From contig OX597817.1 of the NCBI GenBank assembly GCA_951406725.2, forward strand, positions 51,212,001 to 51,276,000: a DNA stretch of 64,000 bases, in the 5' to 3' direction. Origin of the DNA: Octopus vulgaris (Eukaryota). Positions within the stretch are counted from its first letter, which is position 1. Each line of letters opens with the position of its first letter. The notes below the pieces were generated by a model. That model did no database searches, had not been told where the DNA came from, and was given only the letters and a program-made list of their open reading frames with translations. Below are positions 1 to 11,271 of this stretch, piece after piece. The translations under genes were made by a program, and so were the position numbers.

Positions 1-103
1 AAGCTATCTATCATAATATGATATGCATGAGTTATTCTGCTCAAGTTCAAAAAATAGCTTGCGTGTGGTACAACTCAAAACACGGTATTATGCATGTAAA
101 GAA

Positions 104-335
104 GGTGGCAAGCTGGCAGAAACGTTAGCACGCCGGGCGAAATGCTTAGCAGTATTTTGTCTGCCGTTACGTTCTGAGTTCAAATTCCGCCGAGGTCGAC
201 TTTGCCTTTCATCCTTTCGGGGTCGATTAATTAAGAACCAGTTACGCACTGGGGTCGATATAATCGACTTAATCCGTTTATCTGTCCTTGTTTGTCATCT
301 CTGTGTTTCGCCCCTTGTGGGTAGTAAAGAAATGG
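104..335 (+). mobile_element. tRNA-derived SINE, family A (GGCGGCGAGCTGGCAGAA head; GTCGACTTTGCCTTTCATCCTTTCGGGGTCGAT core; ...GTAAAGAAATAGG tail)
   Basis: Pol III A/B-box-like motifs (TGGCAGAA, GTTCAAATTC); near-identical copies at more than 10 other sites in the window. Confidence 0.9.
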
Positions 336-966
336 CTATTTATCATTTGATATGCACGAGTTATTCTGCTCAAGTTAAAAAAATAGCTTGCGTGTGATAC
401 AACTCAAAACACAGTATTATGCATGAAAATATCCGCTTGTCATTGCTCTCCTGCTAGTCTCATAACTTGAACGCAACCTAAAATAGCTAAGATAATGCAC
501 GGGACGGCGAGTGCGCGCATCTCAAGAGATAAAGTACACGATTGCGAACGTAAACATATGTCAGCCGCTAAAAAGTCCGTGATAGATGTAGGGCAGCTCT
601 ACATCGTATATTTACGCTAACCGCGGGTTGTCAAGCAAAAGTGTGATCGCATATTTGCGTCAACCGTTGTCAAAGGATTAATATGGAACACTATATACCC
701 TCCAAATATTTCTTATGCATAATCGACGGCGTCATTTCACCATATCGCCTCAAGGCACGTTGTACTTTACACATAAACTTCCATTTTAGAAGTTTAAAAC
801 TGAATACATGTTACTGATGCAAAACACTAGGGTACCTAAACGATGTATCTTGCCTTTCTAAAATAGTAACCAAACTTACCACAAACCACAACTAATCGTG
901 TTGAATATATAAAAGGACATAGGTTTATGTTGTGCTAGAAAATTCAAAAAGTAGCCCTGCAACGTA

Positions 967-1528
967 TTGGTTTGTCCGGAAAGTTCGTGCCGATTTATAG
1001 TAGCTTACCTTTCAGTTTATTTTAGAATATGCCTGAGTCCAGAAAATAGGATTTGACTACACCTCCATTTAGAGCACAGTTTAAGCTATCTTTTTGTGGA
1101 AGAAGGTTTATGTTCCTATAACCTGTGTTAATTCTGTAGCCTTTTAAAATAGAAGACAAGAAAGTTCATTTTCGGCACTTGATGCTTTGGGAACCAGACA
1201 AAAATTGCTGCAGCTCGGCTGGGATGTGTTACCCCACCCTCTATATTCATCAGATATTGCTCCTTCGGATTCCCACTTATTCAGGTCTCTGCAGAATAGT
1301 CTTAATGGTAAAACTTTCATTTCATTGTATGACGTAAAAAGACACCTTGAATTCTTTGCCATGAAACCACCTCAATTCTCGGAAAAGGGTATTTTCAAGT
1401 TAAAGGAAAGATGGAGACGCATTGTGCAACAAAATGGTTTATATTTGGTTGATTAAAAATGTAATGGCAAGTATTTATTGACCTTGTTCTTCCCTTAAAA
1501 ATCGGCACAAGCTTTCCGGACAACCCAA
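967..1528 (+). mobile_element. Internally deleted mariner element with both TIRs and TA target duplication
   Basis: TA-TTGGTTTGTCCGGAAAGTTCGTGCCGATTT ... AAATCGGCACAAGCTTTCCGGACAACCCAA-TA; contains the transposase C-terminus. Confidence 0.9.
1187..1456 (+). pseudogene. Mariner transposase C-terminal fragment
   Basis: PHPLYSSDIAPSDSHLF matches the mariner YSPDLAPxD motif; ends GIFKLKERW...NGLY. Confidence 0.9.
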
Positions 1529-1599
1529 TACTATAGAACATTTTTATAGACTTCATCCCCAACACTTTGTGTTACGGTCATGTCTATACAAATGTGAAA

Positions 1600-1730
1600 C
1601 CATGTGGCCTAGTTGTCAGAATATTGTGGTAGCGATCGTAAGATCATCGCTTCGATTCCTGGTCCGGGTATGCGTTGTGTTCTTGAGCAAAATACGTCAT
1701 TGCAGGCTGCTCCATTCCACCTTGTTGTAA
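1600..1730 (+). mobile_element. Degenerate tRNA-derived SINE, family B
   Basis: GTGGCCTAGTTG...TTCGATTCC...GTGTTCTTGAGCAA resembles the full copy at 50342. Confidence 0.65.
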
Positions 1731-1873
1731 AGAAGTTAGCCTACGATGAACCGGTTCGCTTTTCGGAATAATGCCGTAATCTGTGTCACGTCTATGCTAC
1801 GAAAACTGATTAACCAGCCTTAGCAGTCCTAAAACTCCAGACAGCAAAGTCCTGAGTTACACACACACATATA

Positions 1874-1950
<77 letters not shown>

Positions 1951-1953
<3 letters not shown>

Positions 1954-2490
1954 CGCAGGAGTGTGGTAAGTAGTTTACTTACAAACACATGGTTCCGGGT
2001 TCAATCACACTGCGTAGCACCTTGGGCAAGTGTCTGCTACTATAGCCTCGGCACAACCAAAGCCTTGTGAGTGGATTTGGTAGACGGAAACTGAAAGAAG
2101 CCCGTTGTATATATATATATATATATGTATATGTATATTATATTAAATTAGAGACAAAACCACTATTAGGTAAATCATACAATGAAAAAACATAAGCCAA
2201 TACATAAGATTATTTAATTTATATTATTTAAACATATAACAAAATTATTTAAAAAATATAATTAATATATCACACTATGTGTGTATATGTTTGGTTTGTC
2301 CACCCAACCTCGCTTGACAACCGATGCTGGTATGTTTACGTCCCCGTAACTTAGCGGTTCGGCAAAAAGAGGCCGATAGAATAAGTACTAGGCTTACAAA
2401 GAATAAGTCCTGTGGTCGACTTCCTCGACTGAAAGCGGTGCTCCAGCATGGCCGCAGTGAAATGACTGAAACATGTAAAAGAGAGAAAAA
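1951..2490 (+). mobile_element. tRNA-derived SINE, family C (internal (TA)n/(TG)n; LINE-like 3' tail), with about 130 bp of extra sequence in the internal microsatellite
   Basis: AGGCGCAGGAGTG head; tail GCGGTGCTCCAGCATGGCCGCAGT...TGAAACA.GTAAAAGAG; many copies in the window. Confidence 0.9.
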
Positions 2491-2506
2491 ACATATATAT
2501 ATATAT

Positions 2507-2560
<54 letters not shown>

Positions 2561-2565
<5 letters not shown>

Positions 2566-4339
2566 AATCACATGCAAATCACAAACCCAGAAGTTTTCTT
2601 TGATGCCACAACACTCCAAAACCAAACAACAACCATCGACCACATAGACATAACAGAGAGGGATGTAATATCTGCCATAGAAGAAATGAGAATAAACTCA
2701 GCTGCTGGACCAGATGGATTCCCAGCAGTCCTCCTAAAAACATGCAGGCATGCCCTAGCGGGACCACTGAAGAAGCTCTTCAGTGGTTCCTTGGCTAACG
2801 GTAAACTGCCCAGGGCGCTTAAAGAAGGCACCATATGCCCTATCCACAAAGGAGGGAGTAGAGCAGAGGCCAAAAACTACAGGCCAGTCTCCCTGACGTC
2901 ACACATAAGTAAGGTCATGGAACGAATCATCAGAAAAAAACTGATCACGTTCCTCGAAGAAACTAACCGTCTCACTGACACACAGCATGGCTTTCGCCCA
3001 GGAAGAAGCTGCCTTACGCAGCTGTTACAACACTACGACTGGGTACTGAAACAACTACTGGATCGCTCACAGGTGGATGTGGTATATCTCGACTTTGCGA
3101 AGGCCTTTGACAAAGTCGACCACGGAGTGATATGTCACAAATTACTCAGACTCGGCATAACAGGAAAAGTAGGTGAGTGGATACATGACTTCCTGAAGGA
3201 CAGAAGCCAGATGGTTGCAGCCAATGGAGCCCTCTCGGGAAAGACACCAATAGCAAGCGGGGTGCCACAGGGCACAGTCTTGGGACCCTTGCTGTTTTTG
3301 GTGGCGCTCTCTGACATGCCCTTGGTAGCACAAACAACATCCCTCACTAGCTATGCTGATGACACAAAGGTAGCACAGGCAATCAAAAACCCAGCTGATG
3401 CTGACCTTTTACAACAAGATCTGGATGCCATATACAAATGGGCTGAAGACAACAACATGCAATTTAATGCTGGCAAATTTCAAGCCTTACAATATCAAGC
3501 TGTAAACACATATACATTACAACACAACTATACTGGTCCAGGAGGGATCGAAATCCCAGTATCGAAATCAATACGGGACCTGGGGATAGACATGAGTGAC
3601 GATGCATCTTTTTCTTCACACATCGCGAAGGTGGCGACAATGTGCAGACGACTCACTGGCTGGATCCTGAGGACATTCCGGACAAGAGACTGCGAGACCA
3701 TGTTGACACTATGGAGGACATTTGTCCTAAGCCGCCTGGACTACTGCTCCCAACTGTGGTCACCGCATAGTGTCAAACTAACCACAGAGCTTGAGACAAT
3801 CCAAAGACATTTCACCAAGAGGATTTCCACCATGAAAGAAAAGAACTATTGGGAGAGGCTTAGGGAACTCAATTTGTACTCCTTGGAACGAAGACGAGAG
3901 AGATATGCAGTGATATACATATGGAAAATCCTGGAGGGACTAGCACCAAATTTTGGAATTGAGAGCTGTTCCAATCCCCGTACAGGACGTCACTGTGTGG
4001 TGCCAAAGGTCCCGTCTTCCACATCCAGGGTAAGGAGCAGATACTGTAATAGCCTGGGGTTCAGGGGCCCTCAGCTTTTCAACAAACTGCCAAGAAAACT
4101 AAGAGATCTACATGATGCGGATGTGGACATTTTCAAAAAACATCTAGACAAGCTGCTTTCCAGGATCCCAGATGAACCCACTGCAAGGTACGAAGGTAAC
4201 CTAAGGGCAGCAGCTACAAACTCTCTCTTAGATCAGTGGCCAGCCACGGCAAACTGGACTTAGAGAGGGTAGCAACAAGGGCGGTGCCCCAGCATGGCCT
4301 CAGCCGGATGGCTGAAACAAGTAAAAGAGTAAAAGAGTA

Positions 4340-4340
<1 letters not shown>
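2561..4340 (+). mobile_element. 5'-truncated non-LTR retrotransposon, CR1 group (CR1/L2/Crack/Daphne-like)
   Basis: RT ORF, short 3' UTR ending in (GTAAAAGA)n, flanked on both sides by (TA)n. Confidence 0.92.
2572..4263 (+). CDS. LINE ORF2 fragment: reverse transcriptase and C-terminal domain, endonuclease missing
   Basis: 563 aa without stops; AAGPDG, NYRPVSLTS, QHGFRPGRSC, YLDFAKAFDKVDH, SGVPQGTVLGPLLF, YADD, RDLGI, SLERRR motifs. Confidence 0.95.
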   Translation: MQITNPEVFFDATTLQNQTTTIDHIDITERDVISAIEEMRINSAAGPDGFPAVLLKTCRHALAGPLKKLFSGSLANGKLPRALKEGTICPIHKGGSRAEAKNYRPVSLTSHISKVMERIIRKKLITFLEETNRLTDTQHGFRPGRSCLTQLLQHYDWVLKQLLDRSQVDVVYLDFAKAFDKVDHGVICHKLLRLGITGKVGEWIHDFLKDRSQMVAANGALSGKTPIASGVPQGTVLGPLLFLVALSDMPLVAQTTSLTSYADDTKVAQAIKNPADADLLQQDLDAIYKWAEDNNMQFNAGKFQALQYQAVNTYTLQHNYTGPGGIEIPVSKSIRDLGIDMSDDASFSSHIAKVATMCRRLTGWILRTFRTRDCETMLTLWRTFVLSRLDYCSQLWSPHSVKLTTELETIQRHFTKRISTMKEKNYWERLRELNLYSLERRRERYAVIYIWKILEGLAPNFGIESCSNPRTGRHCVVPKVPSSTSRVRSRYCNSLGFRGPQLFNKLPRKLRDLHDADVDIFKKHLDKLLSRIPDEPTARYEGNLRAAATNSLLDQWPATANWT

Positions 4341-4379
<39 letters not shown>

Positions 4380-4403
4380 GTGTGTGTGTGTATGTGTGTG
4401 TGT

Positions 4404-4442
<39 letters not shown>

Positions 4443-5021
4443 ATATCTCTCAAAATGTTCGTGACAGAATGCTTTGCAGCAACTGTGTACCCACTCTAAA
4501 TATTCATGAAGACATTGCTTATCACTTTTACTAATATCAGAGATTAAGGTAAACTGGATACAGCAGTTTGTATATTTGACTCTTTTCTTGTCAGCTACAA
4601 CCAATATCAAACTATTGTTGCGGAAACAGCGTTTAGCTTATGACTCTGCTCTTATGAACGATAGAAAATATCGTTAGATTTAACAGCCAGCATTGAGTGT
4701 TACGACAAATGTAAAGCATATGTTTAACAATTTACTCCTGTTTTCCACAAATATATTGCATAAGAAATACACTTAAAAGTTGAAGGTTATAAACTCAGTG
4801 AAACATTATCACATAATTATTTATGTGATATGAAGATAATAAGGGGATATTGATTAAAAATACAGAATGATAGAAATGAAGCGAACATTATTTACATTAT
4901 TTACATTTGACGGATATTTGTCCTCATCTTGTTTGTTGCTAATACAACGTTTCGGCTGATATACACTCCAACCTTCATCACGTGTGAAAACCTGGGTTCT
5001 CATTCCTAAGGTATTTTTTGA

Positions 5022-5055
<34 letters not shown>

Positions 5056-5058
<3 letters not shown>

Positions 5059-5278
5059 TAGTTTTATTTTTATAGCGTGCTTTCACTTCACTACCGAGCG
5101 CAGCTCTGTGTGTGCCTTGGGTATGTGCTGTGATTTGTTGTGATGCTCTGATGGTTATTGTATGGAAAGTGTTCTGCGTAGGATGTGTGCAGCGCCTAGT
5201 AGTGCAATTTTCTGTATGTTATATGTGTTTGTAAGTCCTGGTGTTTTTGTTATGTATTTGTCTGAATATTTTTTTTTA

Positions 5279-5280
<2 letters not shown>
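5056..5280 (-). mobile_element. R4/Dong-like non-LTR retrotransposon 3' end
   Basis: Minus-strand translation KYSDKYITKTPGLTNTYNIQKIALLGAAHILRRTLSIQ* resembles the R4/Dong C-terminus; embedded in (TAA)n. Confidence 0.8.
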
Positions 5281-5317
<37 letters not shown>

Positions 5318-5673
5318 GCTAAGACTACGCGCCTTCACTAGTCAGTTAAGGTGAGACAGTGTCACGTGACAACTTGCCGGGGCTGCCTGCTGGAGCCTCA
5401 GCAAGGTATTTAAAGGGGAAAATTTGACAAGTCAGTCAGTCACCGGCAGACACTCACTGACGATACATCGAAGAGGCCAGGGAACAGAAGAAAGAAGACA
5501 TGCACCCAACACCAGAGCTGAAGACAGCTCCGAAAGGACGGGTCCCGCCACATCAAATCAGTAGAGGTGTAGGGGCCGAAACCGGACGTAGTTCCTCCTG
5601 ATGATGTCTTGAGCTAACTGGATTCTATAAAGGAGCTGTTGTGGTAGCAGACCACGAAACATGGTTGTGATTC
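5318..5673. mobile_element. Unclassified GC-richer insert of about 355 bp within (TTA)n
   Basis: Sharp boundaries, (TTA)n on both sides, interrupts the host element. Confidence 0.55.
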
Positions 5674-5674
5674 C

Positions 5675-5738
<64 letters not shown>

Positions 5739-6260
5739 CATTATTATTATTATTATTATTCAGTTCACTGCCTGGAATTGAACTCGGAAACTTGGGGCTA
5801 GAACCCTGCACTCTTAACCGCTACGCCATATAGAACTGTAGAAGCGAACATTGTTATTCATATGGACGCTGTGTCTCTCCTGTGCTTCCTATGTGATGCA
5901 CAAGACTTATTTCCATGCTTCATATATGATGCATATTCCCGATTTTTCTCCATCACCGGAGTAATTTGAGGTTTTTATTATTACTCAGAACGTATTGAAT
6001 AATACCTCAGTAAAACCCCAAAAGCGAGCATGGGCGTTTACCACAAACTTGTAGAATTGTTTTGTTACGGCAAAGGGTTAAAGAGGACAAGTGTGGGGAA
6101 TGTATTGTCAATATTATCCGCCATGGTGATTTATCATAATCCTCAAATGCCTCGATGGGCTGGCCATCGAAAAAACGAGGGCAGCTAATTGCATAAACTT
6201 CGACGATTGCTTTGAGAGACTGAAATTTGTTGCTACATTTAACACTAAGATCACATCTGT

Positions 6261-6563
6261 GGAGGCGCAATGGTCCGGTGGTTAGGGCAGCAGACTAGCG
6301 GTCGGAGGATCGCGGTTTCGATTCCCAGACCGGGCGTTGTGTGTGTTTATTGAGCGAAAACACCTAAAAGTTCCACGAGGCTCCGGCAGGGGGTGGTGGC
6401 GACCCCTGTTGTATTCTTTCGCCACAACTTTCTCTCATTCTCTCATTTTGTTTCTTGAGTAACGCTGCGATAGACTGGCGTCCGATCCAGCTAGGGGGAG
6501 CACATACGCCACAGAAACCGGGAAACCGGGCCCATGAGCCTGGCTAGGCTTGAAAAGGGCGAC
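6261..6563 (+). mobile_element. tRNA-derived SINE, family D head with tail type 1
   Basis: GGAGGCGCAATGG..GGTTAGGGCAGC head, GTTTCGATTCC B box; head shared with 13735, 26560, 59540 and 60290 copies. Confidence 0.85.
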
Positions 6564-7497
6564 CAGATTAACAAGGGACTAATGAAATGAAAGCTTTGCA
6601 ATACTCAGAATGTATGAACAAGGGCTAAGAGTCTGAAAACAAGCAAAAGAAGCGTGGACGTTTAGAACAAACCGTGAAAATGCTTTGGACAGGGGAAAGG
6701 TTAGTTACAATTCAGCGTCTACTGATTATATGGACACAAGATGAACACAATGTAACAAAGGTTCTAGGTGGAATTAGAACTTTGGTTATACAGAAATGTG
6801 TGTAAATACCTCAATATATCTAATCTCCGATACTGTAATATATGTCAATCTGTCATCAGTGTAAATAATTTTTCTAACTTACGCTACAATCAGACATTTT
6901 CTAGAAGAAACTTCTTTGATTAAATCATCCCAGTTCTTGACTGGTATTTGTACTCATCTATCTTGATAACGCTTTATTCTTCCTTACAAGTATGTGGTAT
7001 TGACTTGATATAATGAAACATATCTTGAGACTATGTCAACGAATTAACTTACTGTGACAGAAAGTGGGGTCAATTAGATAAACAAATATTATTCAAATTG
7101 ATGGCTATATTGATAGCTGCGTCAGCAAATAGTAGCCCGGCTATTTATTATTTCACTACTGTTCAATGTTCCTAGAAATGCCATGATATTTCCGCGTCTA
7201 TATTGACTTTTAATATTCCAAAGAGTAATGCAATTAGAACCGTAATATACTTCAGTCTATTTAATTAACAGCAATCTATCTTCCGTAAAACATAGGTTTG
7301 TGTGATATTAAAAGACATCACTATTTTGTATTGGCAGTATCCTGAGTGAATTCAAATATCATCCGCTTGATTTTCGTTATCATACCAATGAGACATATAC
7401 ATATATTGTTCTTTTAGAATAAATATTTACTAGCAGATCTATGCTAAAGCGTAGCAGCCGTGGCCATGTTTTATACCAGGGGGCGCATTGTCAGATG

Positions 7498-7706
7498 CAG
7501 CGTTTTTCAAAATGCGGGTCCAGACTCTTCATTGGGTTGCGAGATAAATAAAACGGGTCGTGACAAAAAAGAGGGAAAGAAAAAAAATGCAAGTGGGTAC
7601 AAAATGCTGAATGTAAACCAGTGTTTTTAAAACTGTGGGTCCCGGGCCTTCAGTGTGTAGTAATATAAATAAAATGGGTCGCGACAAAAAGTTTGAAAAA
7701 CGCTTG
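7498..7706. mobile_element. Short hAT (Charlie-like) non-autonomous element with duplicated left end
   Basis: CAGCGTTTTTCAAA (7498) and CAGTGTTTTTAAAA (7619) versus TTTGAAAAACGCTTG (7692-7706). Confidence 0.55.
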
Positions 7707-7996
7707 TCTAATGAGTTCCTTTTTAAACCGAGTATCCTGTGATATTAGGAAGAATTCAGCTGCTTTTCACTTCTTCTGAACATGTTACGCATCTATGTTA
7801 GGGCTTCAAGATTGACGTCAATAAATATCAAAAATACGTGTTGTTTCACTCTTTTCTTTACCTTAGCATGGCGTGATTTAAACGAAATTTCAGCTGTTCT
7901 TTAATTTTACTTTACAAGTTGCGAAATCTCTTTGGCACGGGTAAGTACTAGTTACATGTTCTAACTGACTGAATCAACTATATTTCTCACTGTCAA

Positions 7997-8235
7997 GGCG
8001 GTGAGCTGGTAGAATCGTTAGCGTGCCGGGCGAAATGCTTAGCGGTATTTCGTTTGCCGCTACGTTCTGAGTTCAAATTCCGCCGGGTCGACTTTGCCTT
8101 TCATCCTTTCGGGGTCGATAAATTAAGTACCAGTTACGCACTGGGGTCGATGTAATCGACTTAATCCCTTTCTCTGTCCTTGTTTGTCTCCTCTATGTTT
8201 AACCCCATGTGGGTAGTAAAAAATATATATATTTC
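7997..8235 (+). mobile_element. SINE family A
   Basis: Full-length match; flanking TATTTC(T/G)CACTGT duplication. Confidence 0.9.
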
Positions 8236-8691
8236 GCACTGTTATTTGTTCTGTTTCGTGGTTATATCATTTTGCGCCGTATTGGTAGAGTCATGTGCTA
8301 ACTATTATATTTCAGCCTTTTTTTTTTTTTTTTAATGTAAATTAATTCTCGGAAATAACAATGAATAAACATTCCCTTTCAAAGCAAATATTTGCATATA
8401 AATTCAATATCAAAACAAGATATACATGAATTGGAGACAAACATTAAGTATACATTTATTGAAGGAGAAGGGTAACAGGTGTGATGTATCGTATTTACAG
8501 GAAAGGATCGATAATAGAGCAGCCTACTTTATGGACGCCCTTCCTAATGCGATTGCATATCCTATGCGCCTACGACAATCAGAAATATGACGTTCTTATA
8601 CATGTATTTACGCGCATAAACATACATACATACGTACATACATACATACATACATACATACATACATACATACATACATACATACATACAT

Positions 8692-8759
<68 letters not shown>

Positions 8760-9059
8760 AAATAAGAAACAAGGATATCCAAGGTAGAGTAGTACAATTG
8801 TTCCATGCTACTTCATGTTATTAAACCCTTTAAGTATTACATCAGTTTTAAAATGTCGAGCAATCTTCAGCTACATATAGAATTTTTCAATTAAACGGAC
8901 AATGCACATTCTTATACTTACTTCATTTGCCAATATTACAAAGAGGGTAAGACAGAGAGGTTATACAAACCTATATATATACATACATATATGTGTGTGT
9001 GTGTGTGTGTGTAAATACTTACAAACACACACATATATACATATAAATAAAAATACAAA

Positions 9060-9290
9060 TGCACCCTTTCAAAGCCTAGCCAGTCTCATGGGCTCGGTTT
9101 CCTGGTTTCCATGGCGAATATGTTACCCAGCTGGACAACAGTCCATCGCAGTGTTACTCATTTTTGCCAGCTGAGTGGACTGGAGTAACGTGAAATGAAG
9201 TGTTTTGCTCAAGAACACAACACTTCGCCAGGTCCAGGAATCGAAACCACAATCTTGCGACCATGATGCTGACACCCTAACCACTAAACA
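9060..9290 (-). mobile_element. SINE family B head with tail type 1
   Basis: Reverse match to the B head/core; tail resembles 6465-6560. Confidence 0.8.
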
Positions 9291-9310
9291 TATAAATATA
9301 TCTATATATA

Positions 9311-9362
<52 letters not shown>

Positions 9363-9464
9363 TATATATATATGTGTGTGTATATGTATATATATATATG
9401 AATATATACATATGTGTATATATATGTATATATATATGAATATATATATATATGTGTATATATA

Positions 9465-9520
<56 letters not shown>

Positions 9521-9629
9521 GACTGGAGCAACGTGAAATGAAGTGTTTTGCTCAAGAACACAACGCTTCGCCAGGTCCAGGAATCGAAACCACAATCTTG
9601 CGACCATGATGCTGACACCCTAACCACTA

Positions 9630-9676
<47 letters not shown>

Positions 9677-9797
9677 GAGTATATATATATATGTGTGTGT
9701 ATATGTATATATATATATATGAATATATACATGTGTGTATATATATATGTATATATATATATGAATATATATATATATATATGTGTATATATATATG

Positions 9798-9828
<31 letters not shown>

Positions 9829-9830
9829 TC
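9176..9830. repeat. Local tandem duplication (period about 343 bp) of a SINE-B segment plus TA/TG mosaic
   Basis: 9176-9290 recurs nearly identically at 9519-9633, as does the following microsatellite mosaic. Confidence 0.85.
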
Positions 9831-10266
9831 ACATATACATATGTATACGTATACATATTGTCTTCGACTGGGATGGAACCATCGCTTTGTCGCTTTGTAC
9901 AAATTTACTAACGTTAAGTGCTTTCCGATCGAGAGATATCTGATGCATCTGCATTAGTCTTCCTCGATGTTGTTCTGAAAGAAATTTCCATCCTTAATCA
10001 TGTTATGGCGGTGATGTATTCTGCAGAGCAATAAGCGTGTTGCCGTTGCCTTCGTTACATAATTTCGGCACCTGTTAAAAAGGAAATTCAGCATGACTTA
10101 TTTTTCCATCACTGACTGTCGTTGCTGATGTAGAGATCTTCATTTGAAAATCTCATCGCCTCTACTCAATCATATTTGCAATAACTCGTAGAATCGCATC
10201 CATATTCAAGTGAGAGACAATCTATATTATTACATGTTTTGTATATCAGATTTCATATATATATAA

Positions 10267-10339
<73 letters not shown>

Positions 10340-10510
10340 CTATTATGTTAAACTGTTGCATGTCCATGTTTGGTCAAATATTTATCTTTGCTTGCACAAT
10401 AGCCGTTTACTTTTAAGGGTAGTACAACGGTTTTACAATGTAATGGCGAAATTATGTTTTCCTTTTCTTGAAAAACAATGTTTTGTGCTTACCACACTTT
10501 TGCATAATAC

Positions 10511-10575
<65 letters not shown>

Positions 10576-10576
10576 T

Positions 10577-10712
10577 ATTGTGTCTGGGGAGAGTCATTTT
10601 TTTGTGCCTTATTATGTAACACACTCACTGGTAAAAATTTCCACGTTTTTCTTATTTTCATTGTCCTAAAATTTTCGTTGCCTCTTGCAACCGTTTCAAT
10701 AGTCTTGACTCT
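10577..10712. repeat. Unclassified interspersed repeat; second copy at 56672-56815
   Basis: TTGTGTCTGGGGAGAGTCATTT...TTGACTCT present at both sites. Confidence 0.8.
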
Positions 10713-10949
10713 GTCCGTTATTTACACTGCGTTTCCTTTTGTTTGTTTGTGCTCATGTGTGTGGGTCAGTGTGTGTGTGCTTATATATGCAAGCATGTAC
10801 GTGTGTATGTATGTATGTATGTACGTATCCTGCATATTTATGTGCTTGCATGTCCGTGTTTGTATATTTTCTATGTATGTTTGTGTGAGCATGTTTGTAT
10901 ATGTATGCACCTCTGTTGCCTTGTTTGTGCATGTATGGATGTGAATTTT

Positions 10950-10990
<41 letters not shown>

Positions 10991-11144
10991 ATGAAATGGA
11001 TAAATGAATTATCTTGTTACGGATTATTCAAAATTTAACCGATACCTGTGTAGCAAAAATCACACCAGAAAAGACACGGTTGAGGTTACGACCATGGGGT
11101 TTCGCCCCCGTGCTTTAGCGCGGATAATTGAAGTTTTATATATT

Positions 11145-11229
11145 TTAGTGAAGGGAAGAAATGGAGCCGAACGAAGATTCTAGAAAAGGAATTTTGTAGA
11201 ATCTTCGTTCGGCTCCATTTCTTCCTTCA

Positions 11230-11233
<4 letters not shown>
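11145..11233. repeat. Hairpin with arms of about 37 bp
   Basis: TTAGTGAAGGGAAGAAATGGAGCCGAACGAAGATTCTA / TAGAATCTTCGTTCGGCTCCATTTCTTCCTTCACTAA. Confidence 0.9.

Positions 11234-11264
<31 letters not shown>

Positions 11265-11271
<7 letters not shown>

Larger units (their letters stand above)
4886..5831 (-). mobile_element. tRNA-headed HHR-bearing element (same family as 48852-49478), interrupted by two insertions in its internal (TAA)n
   Basis: Head at 5761-5831 and tail at 4886-5025 match the 49 kb copies; flanking direct repeat GAAGCGAACATT at 4878-4889 and 5841-5852. Confidence 0.8.

Noticed and set aside
23-397. Recurring peptide [18 protein letters not shown] and its reverse-strand equivalents (MRNWYLIYRP...)
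   Set aside because: Incidental reading frames of SINE family A, not a gene family.
2572-4263. RT as a retron, group II intron, DGR or domesticated gene
   Set aside because: Motifs, C-terminal domain, 3' tail and 5' truncation are those of an ordinary CR1-group LINE.
8481-11000. Many YI/HT/CV-rich ORFs here and throughout the window
   Set aside because: They are translations of (TA)n, (CA)n and (TACA)n microsatellites, which lack stop codons.
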